From Takakia lepidozioides (lineage: Eukaryota; Plantae; Bryophyta): DNA of 64,000 bases. The notes under the pieces are model-generated. The model ran no database searches and was not told the origin of the DNA. It saw only the letters and a list, made by a program, of their open reading frames with translations. Within the stretch, counting starts at the first letter, position 1. Each line of letters opens with the position of its first letter. Below are positions 59,911 to 64,000 of this stretch, one piece after another. The DNA lies in the NCBI GenBank assembly GCA_030704615.1, contig CM060733.1, forward strand, positions 70,246,001-70,310,000, in the 5' to 3' direction. The position numbers were made by a program, and so were the translations under genes.

Positions 59911-62900
59911 TGGAGGACCGTGCAGGACATCTGATGATGTTAAGATGTATGATTACAGAACTTAGGGTCCTGTAGTTAGAGTTAGGCATACATGCATGCT
60001 TCTTGTCCTCTCCTTAGTTCATGTTGCTGCGTTGGTAAGTAGCTGGAATGCTGTTCCAGCTTGTGCTTTATCCTTATCTCCATTGAGAGTTGTTTGTAGA
60101 AGCAACTGATGTCCAACAGCGTCATCTGGCAGAATGGCCTGACACAGATGGGACAAGCAGGAGAGGATTACCTGGCTGCAAGCTGTTGTGGACCTGTCGG
60201 CAACTTCACGGTCGGTTCCTGGACTCACGTGCAGTGTTATGGAGCGCTAGCTATGGGTGCTCAGTAGGATTCTGAAATCTGTTGATGATTGGACCATTAA
60301 TGTTACCTTCTGAAGAGTGACGTGGACACTGTAGTTAGCTTTATGTAACACGCAAGACTTTACTGTCAATGATGGAAGAGTGTCTGTGTCATTGGATAAA
60401 CCTTCTGTCCTGGCAATTAACAGGTGGCTTTTGCATTGAAACATGTGGTTTGCCTAACCCTTTTTGAGTTAATGGGAGTTTGCATGCATATATTTTAGAC
60501 TACCGGATTAGTAGGGGATTTGAAGCAAATACCAAAACACCTAAAAAGATCCCAAAATTCTTTTGTAAGCTTTTGTTCATATACATCTGAAACTTGGACA
60601 TACGATGTAGTTAGCTGTAGTCACTGCAACAGACCTACTGCCCTTCTCCTGGCGCTTTGATTAGGTTCTGTAGTGTCTCCTGTTGGGCCCTTGTGCTTTG
60701 AAATGGTCAGCTTACTAACCACGGATGTACATGCATGTGCCCAACACTGTAGCAGCCCCTCGTCCCAGCAGGAAGCACTATCTGTGCTCACAAGGGACAG
60801 CGTGACGTGTTCATCTTTCTACATCCAAGCTGGCGGTAAGTGCGGGCTCGTGGTTTGTGCTGCATTTGCACTGCTGCGGCAGGTATTCCTAACAGACCTC
60901 AGACATAAGCTATGGAGAAGGGGTTTGTCCCCGTTAAATGTGTTACTGCTGGTGGGTGGGATCTAGGTGATGGTGAATGGTAGTTTTTATCCATGTCTAG
61001 TCTATTAAGTAGGACCAGTGTTGACTGGGCTTGCCACTGTCTAGACAAGGTGATTTGCAACACAGACGCAATTATACAAGTAGCACATGGAAGCTCTCAA
61101 CATAGAGGTAGTCAAGAAAGAAATATGCTATTCAGTTTCTCTTGCTGCCAGAGAAATAGAGGTTAAGTCGTCATGCAGGGACACTCTCACATGCATGTGA
61201 TCTCTAGTTGCAGCGTATTAAGTGTTTCAAATTTGTGGGCGAAAGTGACGAGTTGTGTGCGAAGTCTAGCGCGGTCACAGAACAAAAGAAGCAACAGGTA
61301 TGGAATGTTGTTTATTGTGGATCCTTACCTCAGGAGTGGAGATAATGCTGTGTAACCTCCTCAAGACAGATTTGGCATCACTTTGGATTAAAAACTCAAA
61401 GAGTTGCAACTTCTGCTTGTCAGCCCAGTGGTTAGGCAGGGGGCCGGCCAAAGTGAAGTCTTGAAAGTAAAAATCACTCAAGCAGTAAACCCACAGGGTT
61501 GGGTACTCCATAGCTGACCCCAGTCCAGTTGTATATATTGAATTAGGTACTTTTAGGAAAAAGGGGTTCCCGGGGGCAGCTGCCTGACAAGATTGGTGTA
61601 ATTGCCATGCTCTTGGGTCATACTGAGTGGCCCCTGGGAGGTGCCATCTTCTTTAGGAGGCATTAGCTCTTATTGGTGAAAGAGGCTTGTGGTGATACTT
61701 GGCGTCAGCTGGTGTCAATGCAGAAGAGTGTTCATGTATGTTTGGCCAGTTGGCATCATTTCTGGTCTGTTTTGTCTTACACTATCTTTTAATCTTTGGT
61801 TATCTCTCAAATGCGAGTTCAGAGTTTACTAGGCTCTCAACATTGATATATGTTACATCTACCTCAACGTTCGTACCAGCAATGTCAAGTTGCCAAGACT
61901 TGTGGATATGGTAAGCATTTTTGACATAACAAACTTTCACAACATAGTACGTGGATGGATATCTTGATCAACTAAGTTGGCTGAAATTGATATGTAAATC
62001 CATGGAATCTTGTTGTGATGCACAGTTGTTAGGTGCTAAGGTGGTGTTAGGCTCCCTCTGGCCTTTTTACTTTTTATGCACAAAGTGTGAAAAGTTCAAA
62101 ATGTAATGTGATACAGGAGTGGAGAAAGTGCATGTGTGTTGTTTTTATGCTGCCCTGTATGCTGTGAAGAATGGGGTTGGCATTGAAGGAGACAACTTTG
62201 CCTGAATTGAAGATGACCTCTTCTGTCGAATAGAAGTTATCAAGGTGTTATCTTGCAACTGTTGTTTTGTTTTAGCTTGTGTCTTTCTGGAACACTGTTT
62301 CAGAGTGTTTGGTTTGTGCCTCTTTTCGTGTACTTAATCTGTAGCTTCTTTGTCCTGTCTCTGGCTCATGCCGTGGTTGCAAAGGTCGTGCATGAGGAGA
62401 AGAATGGCAAGCCCCTGCTAGAGAAAATGCAAGTGAGTGGTCCAACACTCGCGACAACATTCTATTGTAGGATCCGGCATACCAGATAGCTCAGATCGTA
62501 GCCTCCTTGGTCACGCAGGAGTTCACATAGGCGTCTGGGGAGAGTGACCCGATGCAGTCAATCTAACTGGAAAGATGAAGTTACAGAGGAGACCACTCAC
62601 TCAATAACTGGTTTGCAGCCTGGGGTTATAAGAGGTGTGGAACAACCGTCTACGGGTACAGGTTGTGTGATCATCTGAAATCAGGACTGCCACTTAGATG
62701 TATATTGCTTGAAAGTGGCTTGTGTCCCAGGAAGATGCATCTTCTTTGAAACACATGGGTTTTGTACAATCATTTATGCTTGTGATCACAAGTAAACATG
62801 CATGGCTTATCTTGCAATCTGCGTAAAATTGTGGCTTTCATCATACTGAAGTGGAAGGGGTATCTTTGCATGAATGTGTGGTATTTCTGATCAGAAAAAT

Positions 62901-63574
62901 TGTCAGTTGTTTTGGGGGCTGGGGGACATGAGTGGCAGTGTGGGTAGCTGTCAATGCTGTAGTGAGAATGGGGGCATTGTAAGTTGGGGGACTGATACTG
63001 CGAAGTGGAGAGATTGTATGAGGCTCAACACCAAATAGAAAAAAGTCCCTATAGTGTGCAGTTTGCACAAGCTATGAATGTCCTGGGGCAGCAAGCCCCA
63101 AGATTGCGCACCTGATTGTGCAGTTTGCAGGCCACATGTTATCCAGCTAGGCAATTACCAGGCGTAATATTGTATTATTAGGGATTTTCTTACGTTTCCA
63201 AAGCCGGAGCTACTGGATGAAAATCTGATGGGTTATTTTCAAATTTATCCATTTCAATGAATGAAAATATTTATGGGTTGCCAACTGTCAAAAAGAAAAG
63301 CCCTTTGTAAGAAAAGTTGAGATTCAACGAGGCCAAGAAGATTTCACAGCTGGATGATGAGCAATATTAGGTCGCGTTACCATATTGCCATATCCACCCA
63401 TAACATAATTAGGGATTTGAAAAATTCATGATAGGTTGCAATCTCTCTATGAAAAAACTGATCATGATTTTTTTTTTTTCCATGATTTTTTTTGGCAATT
63501 ATCAGAGATCAAAGTAATGTAGCAATTCTCATTTTGTTGATGGGATGTTTGTGAACAGCTGGTATTTGTCTACT

Positions 63575-64000
63575 CTGCAATCATCGTTTGATATTATCTT
63601 TCTACAAGAGCACAAGTTAGATGATTAAAAAATTCTCTCTCTTGGTTCTTCCTTCTAGTTTGCACAAGCCGCTTGGTTTTCTTGGTTAAAACGGACGGTG
63701 TCTGACTCCCGCGGGGGCACCGCCATCCTTGTTTCCCCCATCTCTTACTTCCCCCTCTTACTTCCTTAGACTTGGGTGCAAGGTTGTGTACAATGTATGA
63801 TCAATGTTTCAACCTCTTGTTTCGGCACACTTGTCTTTCTGAATATCTATGCTCCCAATCTTCCCCCAAACGAATTGCTCTAGGGAACCTTATGACTAAT
63901 AAGGTTTTGGATCAGTCTGATATTCAGAACTGGATCCTTGCATGTGACTTTAATATGGTGGATAATTCAACTGATCGTCTGTTTTCTAATGCTCAATGTA
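63575..64000 (+). mobile_element. Degraded L1/Tx1-like LINE AP-endonuclease fragment running off the window end
   Basis: Manual translation gives FDIIFLQEHKL, SRGGTAILVS, LNIYAPN and WILACDFNMV. Confidence 0.7.

Noticed and set aside
62253-62660. Possible exons of another gene downstream of CYCL1
   Set aside because: Splice-like signals are present, but stops interrupt the frames and I recognise no protein family.

Overview
Eukaryotic land-plant nuclear DNA, not prokaryotic. It has spliceosomal introns, a plant-type cyclin L1 gene and PIEZO and LUC7 fragments; a bryophyte-grade host is my guess, not shown by the sequence. Apart from one apparently intact host gene (CYCL1, 55209-59910, 8 exons, with a U12-type intron and a probable GC-AG intron), the window is a nest of transposons. 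(1) A complete 15.0-kb Mutator-like DNA transposon (4785-19820, TIRs, 8-bp TSD AGTTCCAT) is inserted into a Penelope-like RT fragment. It carries a DDE/SWIM transposase, a divergent pair of paralogous unknown genes, and a large multi-exon gene fusing a ParB/Srx domain to a bacterial-type beta-class N4/N6 DNA-methyltransferase fold. It also holds about 40 copies of a 22-bp palindrome (GGAAATGCGGCGCCGCATTTCC) in two arrays and in that gene's introns. A diverged second copy of the ParB-MTase gene (22761-25754) has its own variant palindrome in the same three introns. This protein-plus-palindrome pairing is the best candidate here for an undescribed system, possibly TE-encoded self-recognition or anti-silencing. 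(2) A full-length 15.7-kb Dualen/RandI-like LINE (28864-44607, 12-bp TSD) has APE, RT, RNase H and RLE domains, plus a 2A-like peptide, a chromodomain and a PCIF1-like methyltransferase-fold domain. (3) The rest includes a hAT transposase with three nonsense codons and 53-bp subterminal hairpin repeats, further MULE and LINE fragments, satellites and several structured-RNA candidates. All domain calls come from motif recognition by eye, and many frameshifts could be either decay or long-read errors.
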